Below are positions 47,400 to 59,194 of a stretch of 64,000 bases of DNA, piece after piece. Under the pieces are notes generated by a model. It saw nothing but the letters and a program-made list of their open reading frames with translations. It searched no databases and had not been told where the DNA came from. Made by a program: the position numbers and the translations under genes. Source of the stretch: Minisyncoccota bacterium (GTDB lineage: Bacteria > Patescibacteriota > Minisyncoccia > UBA6257 > XYB1-36-10); the NCBI GenBank assembly GCA_041651415.1, contig JBAZJH010000003.1:15309-79308 (forward strand), given 5' to 3'. Position 1 is the stretch's first letter, and the number at the start of each line of letters is the position of its first letter.

Positions 47400-47933
47400 T
47401 TAGTTTAAGCGGGGGTTTTCTTTTTCTTTAAAAAAGAGGGGCTTAAGCAAAAATGGAATAAAGGAAGCGATAATAGCGCCGAAGATGACATCAGTCGGCC
47501 AATGAGCGCCAACAATGATTCTGGAGATTCCAACAAGAAAAGAGAGGGCTATAAAAATCGAACCCCATTTTTTATTAAAAATCCAAACGCAAAAAGCGAG
47601 GGTAAAAAGAAAGGTGGCGTGGCCGGAAGGAAAAGAAAATCCGGAGCCGCGGATAACCGGTTCAAAATCAAGATAGTCGGCCGGACGCTCGCGGCGAAAA
47701 GCATAATTAAGAATTTCAAAAATAACGCCGCGCGAGACAAAAAGAGAAGCGAGAGACAGAGCAAAAAAATAAAATTTATGGCGCCAATCTTTCATTCTCC
47801 AGCCCAAGAAAATGGCGGCAAAAACCAAAATAAAAATAACGTATTTCGCGAAAAAAACAGAAAGAGCGTCGATAACCCAATTTTTTTCAGCCAAACTTCG
47901 AAAAATTTGGAAAAAATAAAGGTCAAAAGCCAT
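47400..47933 (-). CDS. PAP2-family membrane phosphatase (undecaprenyl-PP/PG-P phosphatase-like)
   Basis: KxxxxxxRP, PSGH and SRxxxxxHxxxD motifs (RRERP, FPSGHA, SRIIVGAHWPTD). Confidence 0.7.
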   Translation of the reverse strand: MAFDLYFFQIFRSLAEKNWVIDALSVFFAKYVIFILVFAAIFLGWRMKDWRHKFYFFALSLASLFVSRGVIFEILNYAFRRERPADYLDFEPVIRGSGFSFPSGHATFLFTLAFCVWIFNKKWGSIFIALSFLVGISRIIVGAHWPTDVIFGAIIASFIPFLLKPLFFKEKENPRLN

Positions 47934-47941
47934 AATGAATT

Positions 47942-48163
47942 TTAAGAATGCTTGGTACCGGTTCTTTTAGTGGTGTAAGGAAGGAGAGCCATAAAACGAG
48001 CTCTTTTGACAGCTTCCGAGAGAGCTCGCTCATGTTTGGCGCAAGTGCCGGTGTGTCCCGGATTTATTATTTTACACTGCGAAGAAACAAACCTTTTGAT
48101 AAGGTCGATATCTTTAAAATCGATTTGTTTAAGATTTTGCGAACAAAAGAAACACTGTTTCAT
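47942..48163 (-). CDS. rpsR: 30S ribosomal protein S18
   Basis: CFFC...IDFKDIDLIKRFVS...KRARFMALLPY. Confidence 0.9.
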   Translation of the reverse strand: MKQCFFCSQNLKQIDFKDIDLIKRFVSSQCKIINPGHTGTCAKHERALSEAVKRARFMALLPYTTKRTGTKHS

Positions 48164-48180
48164 AATATTTAAAATAATTT

Positions 48181-48648
48181 TTAAAAAGGAAGGTCCTCGT
48201 CTTTTATCCCATCGGCTTCTATTTCAATAGTGGGAATTTCTTCTTTCGGCTTTATTTCGTCGTTATTATTCTGGAAAGAAGGTTTTTTGCTTTGAGAAAA
48301 TGAACCGCCGGATACGCCCGCGGGACGCGGACCAAGCTGAAGCCTTTCCGAAATAATTTCGGTGGTTTTTCTGTTTTGCCCTTCTTTATCCTGCCAAGTT
48401 CTTGTTTGAAGACGGCCTTCAATCATCACCATGCTGCCTTTAGTCAGAAACTGACCGGCAACTTCGGCTTGCCTGCCCCAAACAACCACATTATGAAATT
48501 CAGTTTCTTCTTTTTTTTGGCCGGCTTTATCGGTCCAAACGCGATTAGTAGCCACGGAAAAAGAACTGACGGATTGGCCGGAAGGAGTGGTTCTAATAAC
48601 AGGGTCAGCAGTCAAACGGCCAATGATAAAGACTTTATTGAGGTTCAT
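48181..48648 (-). CDS. ssb: single-stranded DNA-binding protein
   Basis: OB-fold (FIIGRLTADPVIRTTPSG...VVWGRQAE) and acidic DDLPF tail. Confidence 0.9.
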   Translation of the reverse strand: MNLNKVFIIGRLTADPVIRTTPSGQSVSSFSVATNRVWTDKAGQKKEETEFHNVVVWGRQAEVAGQFLTKGSMVMIEGRLQTRTWQDKEGQNRKTTEIISERLQLGPRPAGVSGGSFSQSKKPSFQNNNDEIKPKEEIPTIEIEADGIKDEDLPF

Positions 48649-48692
48649 AAGATTAAGTTAATAGATAAAGATAGTTTTGTAAAGTTTTTAAA

Positions 48693-49139
48693 TTAGCCTA
48701 AGATTTCTTCCAGCTTTTTTTCCAAAGCTTCATTACTCAATGAAGAAACTTTTTCCGAAATTATCTCCGGTTCTTTTTCTTCTTTTTCCGGAGAAATTTC
48801 CGGTTTGATTCTTTTTTCTTCCGGAGCTTTTTCGCTTCTCTCTTTGTTCTCAATTTTGGCAAACGGCAAAACTATGAGAAAACGGAGAATTTCGCTCTTA
48901 AGATTAAGTTCTTTTGAAATGTTTAAAACATCGGCCGGAGCCACGGAAAAAATAAAGAAACCGAAGAAGGCTTCGCTATATTTTTTCACTTTGTAAGCCA
49001 AAGGTATTTTTTTAAGGATATTATCTTTTTTTTCTATCTCCGAACCATAGCGTTCCAAAACGGCAAAAATATCGGCAAGAGATTCTTCGCTTTTCAAGAG
49101 AAAAGATATTTCGTATTTTTTCTTAGTTATTTCTTCCAT
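48693..49139 (-). CDS. rpsF: 30S ribosomal protein S6 with acidic/Lys-rich C-terminal tail
   Basis: YEISFLLKSEE... S6 fold; rpsF-ssb-rpsR synteny. Confidence 0.85.
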   Translation of the reverse strand: MEEITKKKYEISFLLKSEESLADIFAVLERYGSEIEKKDNILKKIPLAYKVKKYSEAFFGFFIFSVAPADVLNISKELNLKSEILRFLIVLPFAKIENKERSEKAPEEKRIKPEISPEKEEKEPEIISEKVSSLSNEALEKKLEEILG

Positions 49140-49183
49140 AGTAAAAACGGTAAAAGAATATCAGATAAACAAGGGAAAGTCAA

Positions 49184-52100
49184 TTATGATTTTTCCTCTT
49201 CGCCTTTTCCCCTATCCTCATCGTCAAAACTTTCCACAAAACCTTCTTTGGTGTGATGTTTAAAGCCGGTGCCGACAGGAATCAAGCGGCCGATAATGAC
49301 ATTTTCCTTAAGTCCGCGGAGATGGTCAACTTTACCGCAAGTGGAAGCGGAAACGAGAACCCGCGCGGTTTCCTGGAAAGAAGCGGCGGAAAGGAAGCTT
49401 TCCGAAGAAAGAGAAACTTTAGTGATGCCTAAGATAAGCTGCTGGGATTTAGCCGGTTCTTTGCCTTCTTTTTTCATCTCGCGATTAACTTCAAGAAAAC
49501 GAGAGCGGTCGGCAATATCGCCGAAAAGGAATTCCGTGTCGCCCGGTTCGGTTATTTTTACGCGAGAGAGCATCTGCCTGATAATTATTTCAATATGCTT
49601 GTTATTTATCGGCGCACCTTCAGAAGCATAAATCTTTTGAATTTCTTTAATGATGTATTTTTGGACTTCTTCTTCGCCGCGATATTTCATCAGTTCTTTC
49701 AAATCCAAGTGGCCGCTCGAAAGCTGAGTTCCTTTTTCCACCACATCGCCGACTTTAAAGAAAATATCGGAAGTTTTATGAATGGAATATTCCACCACTT
49801 TCGGCTTTTTACCGGAGATTTTGAAATAAATAGTTTTGAGCGAGCCGCTTTCTTTTATTTCCTCGATAACACCATCGGCTTCGGCGAGAATGCCTTTAGT
49901 CTTCGGAATCCTGGCTTCAAAAAGTTCTTCCACCCGAGGCAAACCATGCGTGATGTCAGCGCCAGCGGTTCCTCCAATGTGGAAGGTTCGAAGAGTAAGC
50001 TGAGTGCCAGGTTCGCCGATTGATTGAGCGGCAACAACACCGACCGCTTCGCCAATTTCGATTTCTTTATTAAGAGCAAGGTCAAGCCCGTAGCATTTAG
50101 AACAGACGCCAAAAAGAGATTTGCAAGTTAAAGGAGAGCGGACAATAACAGACTTTACGGATTCATCTTGCTGAATTTCTTCCGCAATTTCACGCGTGAT
50201 AATTTCTCCGGCTTTAACCAAAGTTTTATGTCCGGATTTAACATCAAGAAGAGCGGCGCGGGAGAAAATTCTGGAAGAAAACGACTGACCAAAACTATCG
50301 CCGCCATCTTCTCTTAAAATAGTAACGCCTTCTTTTCCCTTGCAATCTTTTTCCCGAACTATTATTTCTTGAGCAACATCAACCAAGCGACGAGTCAGGT
50401 ATCCGGCTTGAGCGGTTTTCAAAGCGGTGTCAGTTAAACCTTTTCTCGAACCGTGAGTGGAAATAAAATATTCAAGCACGCCAAAGCCTTCTTTAAAGGA
50501 AGATTTAATCGGAAGCTCAATAACTTCGTTTTTTGGATTCTGCACGAGACCCTTCATACCAATCATCTGCACCGGCTGAGTCCAAGAACCGCGGGAACCG
50601 GAATCGATAATGCTGTAGATAGGATTATTTTCCTTAAAAGATTTCGGAACAACTTCGGCAATTTCAACGCGAACTTTATTCCAAACGGAAATAACCCGGT
50701 TTCTTTTTTCAGAACGAGTAAGAATTCCTTCCAAATACTGGCTTTCAATTTTTTGAATTTCTTTTTCGGCTCTTGCCATAATTTCTTTCTTTTCCAGAGG
50801 AATAATGAGGTCCGCCATAGCCCAAGTGATTCCGGAAACAGTGGCGTATTTAAAACCAAGAGTTTTAACCTTATCAAGAGTGTCGGAAGCTATTTCAAAT
50901 CCGTATTGGTCGATGATTTTATCAATAATTTTAGTAAGGTCTTTCTTTTTCATCACTTTATTAACATAAGGAAAGTCCGGCGGAAGAATGCTGTTGAAAA
51001 TAACGCGGCCGCAAGAAGTTTCTTCGGCCTTAGAAGAGCCGATTTTAACCAAAGAATTTATATCGACAAGGTCATTTTCAAGAGCGATTAAAGCTTCATC
51101 ATTGGAAGAAAAGATTTTTCCGGCGCCTTTTCCATTCGCTACGGTTTTTGTTAGATAGTAGCATCCCAAAATAATATCCTGAGTAGGAGTAGCAACCGGG
51201 TCGCCGTTAGCCGGTTTTAAGAGATTGCCGGAGGAAAGAAGCTTGGTTCTCGCTTCTTCTTGAGCTTCGTCGGAAAGAGGCAAATGGACTGCCATTTGGT
51301 CGCCGTCAAAGTCAGCGTTAAAAGCGGAACAAACCATCGGAGGAATTTGAATAGCAAAGTCTTCCGTCAAAAGCGGACGAAAAGCCTGAACGCTCAAGCG
51401 GTGCAAAGTCGGAGCGCGGTTCAAAAGAACTTTTCTATCAGCGATAACTTCTTCCAAAATAGCCCAAACTTCCGGAGGAGCCTGTTCAATCAAGCGATTG
51501 GCGTTTCTGATATTGTGAGCCAAACCGCGGCCTATAATTTGAGAAATAACAAAAGGCTTGAAAAGTTCAAGAGCCATTTTTTTCGGAAGACCGCATTCGT
51601 TTAAGCGAAGTTTCGGACCAACGACAATAACGGAACGTCCGGAATAATCGACGCGTTTGCCGAGAAGATTCTGGCGGAATCTTCCTTGTTTTCCTTTCAA
51701 CATATCGGAGAGGGAACGCAAGGGACGGCGACTGGAAGACATTTGCTGATTGCTGCCGACGCGAGCGGAATTGTCAATTAAAGCATCAATGGCTTCTTGA
51801 AGCATTCTTTTTTCATTAACAACAATAACGTCCGGAGCTTTCAGGTCGATGAGTTTTTTCAAGCGATTATTGCGATTGATAACGCGGCGATAAAGGTCAT
51901 TCAAGTCGCTTGTAGCATAACGTCCGCCGTCCAACGGAACCATCGGGCGAAGGTCCGGAGGAAGAACCGGAAGAACGGAAATAATCATCCATTCCGGACG
52001 AATTTTATTTCTTTCCATAGACAAAAGAAGTTTCTGCCTCTTTAAGAGACGAACTTTTTTAGTGGCGTCTTTAACATAAGCAAGCTCTTCTTCCGTTTTT

Positions 52101-52777
52101 TTGATCTCTTTTTTGAGATCCATATTTTTCAGAATTTTTTTCAAAGCTTCAGCGCCATGACCGGCTTCAAAAACATCGCCGAATTTTCGAGAAAGATTGA
52201 AATAATCCAACTCGGAAAGAATGTGACCGATAGACAAAGATTCAAGAGAATCTTTGGTTTTTTCAGCGGCATCTTCCAAAGCTTTCAAATCTTCTTTGGA
52301 AGATTCATCCTTTTTTCTAGAAACAAGTTCCTTGCTTAATTCGCCGAGAGCGCGTTTTTTATTTTCTTCATTAACGTTAGTGACTATAAAAGAAGCGTAA
52401 TAAACAACTCTCTCAAGCTTTTGAGAAGAAACATTCAAAACCAAGCCGAGTTTGGAGGGAACATTCTTGAAAAACCAAATATGGCAAACCGGACAAGCGA
52501 GTTCGATATGGCCCATGCGTTCGCGGCGGACAATAGAGCGGGTAACTTCCACGCCGCATTTGTCGCAAACTATGCCTTTGTAGCGGATACGCTTATATTT
52601 TCCGCAGTAGCATTCGTAATCTTTGGCCGGACCGAAAATTCTTTCAGAAAAAAGCCCGTCCTTTTCAGGCCTTTGAGTGCGATAATTGATAGTTTCCGGC
52701 TTGATAACTTCTCCGTAAGACCATTTCAAAATATCTTCGGGGGAAGCGACGGTTATTTTTAAAGCATCAAATTGCAT
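49184..52777 (-). CDS. rpoC: DNA-directed RNA polymerase subunit beta-prime
   Basis: Zinc-binding CxxC...CxxC N-terminus, NADFDGD catalytic motif, 1197 aa. Confidence 0.95.
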   Translation of the reverse strand: MQFDALKITVASPEDILKWSYGEVIKPETINYRTQRPEKDGLFSERIFGPAKDYECYCGKYKRIRYKGIVCDKCGVEVTRSIVRRERMGHIELACPVCHIWFFKNVPSKLGLVLNVSSQKLERVVYYASFIVTNVNEENKKRALGELSKELVSRKKDESSKEDLKALEDAAEKTKDSLESLSIGHILSELDYFNLSRKFGDVFEAGHGAEALKKILKNMDLKKEIKKTEEELAYVKDATKKVRLLKRQKLLLSMERNKIRPEWMIISVLPVLPPDLRPMVPLDGGRYATSDLNDLYRRVINRNNRLKKLIDLKAPDVIVVNEKRMLQEAIDALIDNSARVGSNQQMSSSRRPLRSLSDMLKGKQGRFRQNLLGKRVDYSGRSVIVVGPKLRLNECGLPKKMALELFKPFVISQIIGRGLAHNIRNANRLIEQAPPEVWAILEEVIADRKVLLNRAPTLHRLSVQAFRPLLTEDFAIQIPPMVCSAFNADFDGDQMAVHLPLSDEAQEEARTKLLSSGNLLKPANGDPVATPTQDIILGCYYLTKTVANGKGAGKIFSSNDEALIALENDLVDINSLVKIGSSKAEETSCGRVIFNSILPPDFPYVNKVMKKKDLTKIIDKIIDQYGFEIASDTLDKVKTLGFKYATVSGITWAMADLIIPLEKKEIMARAEKEIQKIESQYLEGILTRSEKRNRVISVWNKVRVEIAEVVPKSFKENNPIYSIIDSGSRGSWTQPVQMIGMKGLVQNPKNEVIELPIKSSFKEGFGVLEYFISTHGSRKGLTDTALKTAQAGYLTRRLVDVAQEIIVREKDCKGKEGVTILREDGGDSFGQSFSSRIFSRAALLDVKSGHKTLVKAGEIITREIAEEIQQDESVKSVIVRSPLTCKSLFGVCSKCYGLDLALNKEIEIGEAVGVVAAQSIGEPGTQLTLRTFHIGGTAGADITHGLPRVEELFEARIPKTKGILAEADGVIEEIKESGSLKTIYFKISGKKPKVVEYSIHKTSDIFFKVGDVVEKGTQLSSGHLDLKELMKYRGEEEVQKYIIKEIQKIYASEGAPINNKHIEIIIRQMLSRVKITEPGDTEFLFGDIADRSRFLEVNREMKKEGKEPAKSQQLILGITKVSLSSESFLSAASFQETARVLVSASTCGKVDHLRGLKENVIIGRLIPVGTGFKHHTKEGFVESFDDEDRGKGEEEKS

Positions 52778-52797
52778 AATTTTTGGCTTTTTAATGA

Positions 52798-55700
52798 TTA
52801 ATTATTTTCTACGGTTTTATTTTTTTGAATCAGCTCGATATTAAAACCGAGAGATTTTAACTCGCTTAAAAGCACATTAAAGGAAGCGGGAATATTGGGG
52901 CTTTTTATTTTTTCACCCCGAATAATCGATTCAAAAGTGGCGGAGCGTCCCATAATGTCGTCTGATTTTATCGTAATCATTTCCTGGAGAGTGTGCGCGG
53001 CGCCATAACCTTCAAGAGCCCAGACTTCCATTTCTCCAAAACGCTGACCGCCGAATTGCGCTTTTCCGCCGAGAGGCTGCTGGGTAATCAGAGAATAAGG
53101 GCCGATGGAACGGGAGTGAATCTTATCTTCAACCAAGTGGTTGAGTTTCAGCATATAGATGTAGCCGACAGTGACCCGGTTTTTTATTTTATCGCCGGTG
53201 CGACCGTCAAAAATTTCTATTTTTCCGTCTTCCGGAAGGCCGGCTAATTTCAATTCATTTTTTATTTCCTCTTCGGAAGCGCCGGAAAGAGGAGGCGTGA
53301 TGGCGCGATAGCCGAGAGCGTGGGCGGCCCAGCCAAGATGGGTTTCAAGAACCTGTCCAAGATTCATACGAGAAACAACGCCAAGAGGATTTAAGACAAT
53401 ATCAACCGGAGTGCCATCTGCAAGATAAGGCATATCTTCCACCGCGCGGATTTGAGAAATAACTCCTTTATTGCCATGGCGGCCGGCCAATTTATCTCCC
53501 ACTTTTACTTTTCTGACTTGAGCGACATCAACTTGAATTTTTTTAATCACACCCGGTTCAAGATTGTCGCCATGTTCGCGGGAAAATATTTTGATACCGA
53601 CAACGCGCCCGCGTTTGCCGTGCGGAAGAGACAAAGAGCTGTCTTTAACGTCTTTGGCTTTCTCGCCGAAAATAGCGCGAAGCAAACGTTCTTCAGAAGT
53701 AAGGTCGGCTTCCCCTTTCGGAGAAATTTTTCCAACCAGAATATCGCCGGAGTTAACCTCAGAACCGACTCTGATTATTCCCTCTTCGTCAAGATTTCTT
53801 AATTTATCTTCGGAAACATTAGGAATGTCAGGAGAGGTTTCTTCAGGGCCAAGTTTGGTGTCGCGAACATCGCAATAAAAATTTTCAATATGAACGGAAG
53901 AAAAAACATCGCGTTCGGCGGCGCGTTCCGAAAGAACGATAGCGTCTTCAAAATTAGCGCCTTCAAAAGAAAGAAAAGCGACAAGGAGATTTTGGCCCAA
54001 AGCCAAAATGCCGTTTTCAGTGGAAGGACCATCGGCCAAAACTTCGCCTTTTTTCACTTTCTGCCCTTTTTTAACAAGAGGATGCTGAGAAATGGAACCG
54101 AACTGATTGGAACGTTTGAACTTAATAAGCTCATATTCTTTCACTTCATCTTTGTATTTAACCTTGATGCTGTTTCCGTCAACGGCGGCGATTTCTCCCG
54201 CTCCTTCCGCAATAATCAAATAACCGGAATCTCTGGCCGCTTTTTCTTCCATACCGGTTGAAACAAACGGAGCTTCCGGACGAAGAGGGATGACGGCCTG
54301 GCGCTGCATATTGGAACCCATGAGAGCGCGGTTGGCATCGTCATGCTTTAAAAATGGAATAAGAGAAGTGGCAACGCTTAAAAATTGATGGGGAGAAACA
54401 TCGATAAAATCTATTTCTTCAGCCGAACAGGTGCCCGGGTCTCCTTTAATTCTCGCTTCCACGATTTCATCGATAATTTTTCCGGCCGGAGTAAGATTGA
54501 TGTCCGAGGGAGCAATTTTATATTTTTCTTCTTCAAAAGCGTCAAGCCAAACTATTTCTTCCGTCACTTTTCCGTTTTTAACGCGAAAATAAGGAGTTTC
54601 AAGAAAACCCAAATTATTAAGGCGAGAAAAGTTTGCCAAATGATTGACAAGACCAATGTTGGAACCTTCCGGAGTTTGAATCGGACAGATTCGGCCATAA
54701 TAAGAACTATGAACATCTCTGACTTCAAAACCGGCGCGCTCTCTGACAAGTCCGCCCGGACCCATGGAAGAAAGACGGCGTTTATGCTCAATTTCAGAAA
54801 GCGGGTTAATCTGGTCCATAAATTGAGAGAGCTGGGAAGAGGAGAAAAATTCTTTAACGATGGCCATTAAAATGCGCGGGTTGATAAGCTGAGCGGAGGT
54901 GATGTCGGTTTCAATAAAAGTGGACATGCGGTCTTGAATAACGCGGCGAAGCCTGGCAAAACCGATGCGAAGGCGAGCTTCCAGAAGTTCGCCGACAGGA
55001 CGAATGCGGCGATTGCCAAGATGGTCAATGTCGTCAGCTTCTTGTTCTTGAAAATTATTAAGGCGAATGACTTCTTTAAGAATGGCAACGAGGTCATCAA
55101 GGTCGAGCAAGCGATTATCTTTTTTAACATCCAAGTCAAGACGCTGATTGATTTTAAACCGACCCACCTCGGAGAGGTCATAGCGGTCATTTCTCCTGAA
55201 CATGGAGTCAATGAGATTCTTGGCGTTTTCGGCAGTAGCCAAATCGCCCGGCCGGACTCTTTTATAAATTTCGAGATAAGAAGAAGAAACATTTTTAGCA
55301 ATGTCTTTCGCTAAAGTGTTTTCAATGTATTTTACGGAATTTTGGTCAATGTCCTTGAAAGCTTTCAAAATATCCTCATTTGTTTCAAGACCAAAAATGC
55401 GAAGAAGACAGGAAACGGGAGTTTTGCGATTGCGGTCGATTTTAACGCCCAAAGAACCATTCGCTTCCGTTTCAAATTCCAACCAAGCCCCGCGATTGGG
55501 AATTATTTTCGCTCCGAAAAGTTTTCGGCCGCGCCAAGAACTGGCAGTAAAGTAAACGCCGCTTGAGCGGACAAGCTGAGAGACGACGATTCTTTCCACG
55601 CCATTAATAATGAAAGTGCCGCGATTAGTCATCACCGGCAAATCGCCAAGATAAATTTCCTGCGTTTCTTCTTTTTTTGTCCTTTTATTTATAAGGCGAA

Positions 55701-55968
55701 GAGTGGCGCGAAGAGCGGCTTCATATGTGGCGTCGCGGTAGCGGGCTTCCGCTTCCGTGTATTTCGGCTCGTCAAAATAATAATCTTCAAAAATAAGGTC
55801 AAACTCTTTTCCGGTATAATCGCTGACAGGAGAAATTTCGGAGAATAATTCTTTTAAACCTTTTTTTAAAAACCAATCGTAAGAATTCTTTTGAATCTCA
55901 TCAAGCTTGGGTTGCTCGATGACATACTGATTATTGGAAGAAAAAACCTTAGTTGATAAATTCGCCAT
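52798..55968 (-). CDS. rpoB: DNA-directed RNA polymerase subunit beta
   Basis: 1056 aa with conserved beta subunit regions (GEMEVWALEGYGAA etc.). Confidence 0.95.
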   Translation of the reverse strand: MANLSTKVFSSNNQYVIEQPKLDEIQKNSYDWFLKKGLKELFSEISPVSDYTGKEFDLIFEDYYFDEPKYTEAEARYRDATYEAALRATLRLINKRTKKEETQEIYLGDLPVMTNRGTFIINGVERIVVSQLVRSSGVYFTASSWRGRKLFGAKIIPNRGAWLEFETEANGSLGVKIDRNRKTPVSCLLRIFGLETNEDILKAFKDIDQNSVKYIENTLAKDIAKNVSSSYLEIYKRVRPGDLATAENAKNLIDSMFRRNDRYDLSEVGRFKINQRLDLDVKKDNRLLDLDDLVAILKEVIRLNNFQEQEADDIDHLGNRRIRPVGELLEARLRIGFARLRRVIQDRMSTFIETDITSAQLINPRILMAIVKEFFSSSQLSQFMDQINPLSEIEHKRRLSSMGPGGLVRERAGFEVRDVHSSYYGRICPIQTPEGSNIGLVNHLANFSRLNNLGFLETPYFRVKNGKVTEEIVWLDAFEEEKYKIAPSDINLTPAGKIIDEIVEARIKGDPGTCSAEEIDFIDVSPHQFLSVATSLIPFLKHDDANRALMGSNMQRQAVIPLRPEAPFVSTGMEEKAARDSGYLIIAEGAGEIAAVDGNSIKVKYKDEVKEYELIKFKRSNQFGSISQHPLVKKGQKVKKGEVLADGPSTENGILALGQNLLVAFLSFEGANFEDAIVLSERAAERDVFSSVHIENFYCDVRDTKLGPEETSPDIPNVSEDKLRNLDEEGIIRVGSEVNSGDILVGKISPKGEADLTSEERLLRAIFGEKAKDVKDSSLSLPHGKRGRVVGIKIFSREHGDNLEPGVIKKIQVDVAQVRKVKVGDKLAGRHGNKGVISQIRAVEDMPYLADGTPVDIVLNPLGVVSRMNLGQVLETHLGWAAHALGYRAITPPLSGASEEEIKNELKLAGLPEDGKIEIFDGRTGDKIKNRVTVGYIYMLKLNHLVEDKIHSRSIGPYSLITQQPLGGKAQFGGQRFGEMEVWALEGYGAAHTLQEMITIKSDDIMGRSATFESIIRGEKIKSPNIPASFNVLLSELKSLGFNIELIQKNKTVENN

Positions 55969-56096
55969 GTTTTTTAAAAAGTTAAGCCGACAAAGAGAAA
56001 GGCGCCTTAGACTCGCGCTTTAATTTTAAAAATAAAAAAATTTTAAAAAATAAACACAAAAAATAAAATAATGTTTTTGCTTTGTGTTTGCTAATT

Positions 56097-56891
56097 TTAC
56101 AAATATCTCCTTATGTTAGCGATATGTTCTTCCAAAGTTTTGCTGAAAATGGTTTTTTTTGTCTTTGGATCACTTAGATAATACCAGTAAGGCGAGCTTT
56201 TCGCCTCCAAAACCGACATTATCGCCTCTTCCCCAGGATTTGAGATGGGAGCAGGCGGCAAGCCCTTGTATTTATAAGTGTTATAAGGAGAGTCGACTTC
56301 CTTGTCTTGTTTTGTTAAAGGATAACAGCTTTTCAAACCAGAGTCAACTTCGGCTTCAGTTTTCGCCAAGTTGTTAATCGAGTAAGCGTGGCTTTTAACA
56401 TAGCATAAGGAAGCATCGATTTGCAAGGGCATGCCGGTTTCCAGTCTTTTTAAAAGAATTCCGGCCACTATTTTTCTTTCTTCAAAGCGAGGCACTTCTC
56501 TTTCAATCAAGGAAGCCAGAATAAGATTGCGGTCATAATTGGCGGAATCTTTTGAAAGAAGCGGGTCGGCTTTTTTATAAAAATTTTCCAAAATCTTTTC
56601 AACAACAACGACAGCGCTGGAATCTTTAAAAAAACGGTAAGTGTCCGGAAAAAGACGCCCTTCAAGAGGACGTCCTAAAGCAAGAAGACTTTCGCCATTT
56701 TTAAAAATTCCCAAATCTTTCAAGTTGTCGTCTATTTCACGAACAGTCTGACCTTCATAAATAACCACTGTTATTTCTCTCGGTTCTTTTTTATTTCTAA
56801 GTAAAAAAAATTCAAAAATAAAAAAAACGCCGAGAACGATTAGAGCGGCTGTAAAAACCGGTTTTCCAAGCTGTTTAAGAACGTAAAGCAA
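56097..56891 (-). CDS. mltG: YceG/MltG-like endolytic murein transglycosylase
   Basis: N-terminal TM, C-terminal YNTYKYKGLPPAPISNPG YceG signature. Confidence 0.75.
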   Translation of the reverse strand: MLYVLKQLGKPVFTAALIVLGVFFIFEFFLLRNKKEPREITVVIYEGQTVREIDDNLKDLGIFKNGESLLALGRPLEGRLFPDTYRFFKDSSAVVVVEKILENFYKKADPLLSKDSANYDRNLILASLIEREVPRFEERKIVAGILLKRLETGMPLQIDASLCYVKSHAYSINNLAKTEAEVDSGLKSCYPLTKQDKEVDSPYNTYKYKGLPPAPISNPGEEAIMSVLEAKSSPYWYYLSDPKTKKTIFSKTLEEHIANIRRYL

Positions 56892-57933
56892 TTGAATTTA
56901 TTATAGCCACCATAATAAAACTCGTCAATAAGTTGGAACCTCCGTAGCTTACAAAAGGAAAAGGCAGACCAATAACAGGAGTGAGGCCGAGAGCGGAACC
57001 GGCATTTAAGATAAAATGAATGCTGAAAATTATAACCGCACCAAGACAGACAAACCGGTCAAAATTGTCGGAAGCAAAATAAACGCTGATGCCGATTATT
57101 TCATAAATAAGAAAAGCGAAAGATAAAATAAGAAGAAGACCGCCAAGAAGTCCCCACTCTTCAATAGCGCCCGCAAGAATAAAATCCGTTTGGGCTTCCG
57201 GCAAAAATCCGAGCTGAATTTGAGTCCCCTGTCCAAAACCTTTGCCAAAAAAACCGCCAGAGCCGATGGCAATTTTTGATTGAATAACATTATAGTTTAT
57301 GCCAAGCGGGTCCCGCTCCGGATAAAAAACTCCGGCGATTCTTTCTTTTTGATAAGGAGCTAAAAAATAAGACCAAGCCAGGATAAAGCCAGCAATCAAA
57401 ATAAAAGAACCGACGAGAAGATGCTTAAAACGAAGCCCGCTAATTAAGAGAAAACCAAGCCACATACCGAAAAGAACAATAGTGGAGCCAAGGTCCGGCT
57501 GTTTTAAAATAAGAAGCGCGGGAAGAAAAAAAATAAAAAAAGGAATCAGAATATTTTTCAAATGAGCGAGACCGGTATAGCGTTTAGCAAAAAAATAAGC
57601 GAAAAGAAGAAGAAGAGAAATTTTTACAAGTTCCGCCGGTTGAAAATTAAATAAGCCGAAATGAATCCAGCCCTTAATGCCTCTTATCGGAGAAGAAAAA
57701 AGGGCGGCGACAAGAAGCGCGAGAGAAAAAAAATAAAAAAAGACCAAAAGTTCCCGATTTTTTATAATTCCCCGCAAATCAAAAAACCAGAAGAAAACAA
57801 CAATCAAAGTTCCGAGAATCACCCAAAATAACTGAGACCAAAATAAGGAAAAATTGATGCTTGAAATCACAAGCAAACCTAAGAAAGAAAGAAAATAAAC
57901 AGGAAAAAGAAGCTTAAAAGAAGAAGAAAACAT
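56875..57933 (-). CDS. SEDS-family peptidoglycan glycosyltransferase (FtsW/RodA)
   Basis: 10-TM SEDS architecture, conserved PELVK.. and C-terminal SYGGSNLL-like motif. Confidence 0.8.
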   Translation of the reverse strand: MFSSSFKLLFPVYFLSFLGLLVISSINFSLFWSQLFWVILGTLIVVFFWFFDLRGIIKNRELLVFFYFFSLALLVAALFSSPIRGIKGWIHFGLFNFQPAELVKISLLLLFAYFFAKRYTGLAHLKNILIPFFIFFLPALLILKQPDLGSTIVLFGMWLGFLLISGLRFKHLLVGSFILIAGFILAWSYFLAPYQKERIAGVFYPERDPLGINYNVIQSKIAIGSGGFFGKGFGQGTQIQLGFLPEAQTDFILAGAIEEWGLLGGLLLILSFAFLIYEIIGISVYFASDNFDRFVCLGAVIIFSIHFILNAGSALGLTPVIGLPFPFVSYGGSNLLTSFIMVAIINSIALRS

Positions 57934-57935
57934 AG

Positions 57936-58718
57936 TTAAAAAGAATCAAAAGGAAAGCCGAAAACTCCAGGACGTTTGGCATAAATAAGGACTTTGGTTT
58001 TAGAAAGGTCGGCGTTGATAACGGGATGGCTGACAAAAAAAGTTTTTTCTCCGAAGCTTTGAATATCTTCGATAATGGTTTTAGAAGCGCCAAGAATGTT
58101 CCCAACGCCATCGTAAAAAAGAACATTAACCAGAACTTCCGGAAAAGGAACAGTTTCGCTATTTAAAACAGAACCGGAAACATTGATGAATTTCCCTTCG
58201 ACGGCAATTTTTAAGTCGCGATATTGTATTTTAGGAATTTTAAAAGAATCGCGGGAAGCCCATTCTTCGTTTTTTAAATCAATATTTATTTCAGAAACGG
58301 AATCGGGAGAAAGTTCTATCCCCGGTTCAATAATATATTTCGATTCGCCGGCATAAATAAAAGACGCGCCGGTTTTGTCAAAGATATTCTGACCGGAAGA
58401 ATTTTTGGCGGAGAGATGATAAGAAAGAGAAGAAGCGCCAAAATTATTAAGCGGGTTGGAAATTTCAATTAAAAAAGTGGAAAGGCTGTTTCCGGCCGAG
58501 AGGATTTTTTTGCTTGTTATTTTTAATCCGGAGGATTTTTTTATTTCACAGGGAACGCAAGAGCCGCCGCAATCAACTTCGGTTTCATCGGAATTTTTTT
58601 TCAAGTCAGAACAAGAGGGAGAGGGTTTAAAATAAAGAAAAATAAGAAAGCCAAATAAAGAAAAAACCGAGAGATAAAAAAGACCGTATAAAAATTGTTT
58701 TAAAAACCGATTTTTCAT
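57936..58718 (-). CDS. hypothetical membrane-anchored protein
   Basis: ORF-track start at 58784 would overlap 5S rRNA; internal Met (MKNRFLKQFLYGLFYLSVF, TM) preferred. Confidence 0.4.
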   Translation of the reverse strand: MKNRFLKQFLYGLFYLSVFSLFGFLIFLYFKPSPSCSDLKKNSDETEVDCGGSCVPCEIKKSSGLKITSKKILSAGNSLSTFLIEISNPLNNFGASSLSYHLSAKNSSGQNIFDKTGASFIYAGESKYIIEPGIELSPDSVSEINIDLKNEEWASRDSFKIPKIQYRDLKIAVEGKFINVSGSVLNSETVPFPEVLVNVLFYDGVGNILGASKTIIEDIQSFGEKTFFVSHPVINADLSKTKVLIYAKRPGVFGFPFDSF

Positions 58719-58774
58719 TTCTAATTCATTATATAATCCACCAACTTTTGAAGCAAACAAAAAAGAGCTTTGGT

Positions 58775-58889
58775 ATGCCGGCAAAACCTACTTTCGCCCC
58801 GAAGGACTATCATCGGTTCCGCGCCGTTTCACTTCCGAGTTCGGAATGGATCGGGTGTTTCCAGCGCGAGTTAATCACCGGCAAACCAA
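58775..58889 (-). rRNA. rrf: 5S ribosomal RNA
   Basis: GGTTTGCCGGTGATTAACTCGCGCTGGAAACACCCGATCCATTCCGAACTCGGAAGTGAAACGGCGCGGAACCGATGATAG...GCCGGCAT; helix I pairing of ends, loop C/E consensus (CCGAAC, AGTGAAAC). Confidence 0.8.
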
Positions 58890-59160
58890 AACTCTTTTTT
58901 GGTTTACTTTGAAAAGCCAAATAAAACGAAGTTTCACGCGGCTTTATTAAAACCGCAGTTGAACTTCACCCCGACCAAAGCCGGGGTTTATCAAATCTTA
59001 AAGATTTAATAAAAAAACAAAACATATCTCTTTAATCATCCCACCATTGAGATGATCGGATAGGCCATTAGTACTCCTTGGCTAAACGCGTTGCCGCGCT
59101 TACACCTAGAGCCTATCAACGTGATAGTCTTTCACGAGGCCATATATCTAATCTTGGGAG

Positions 59161-59194
<34 letters not shown>

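Noticed and set aside
58775-58795. ORF-track start (58784) of the 282-aa minus-strand ORF
   Set aside because: Would overlap the 5S rRNA 3' end; internal Met at 58718 followed by a TM helix is the more likely start
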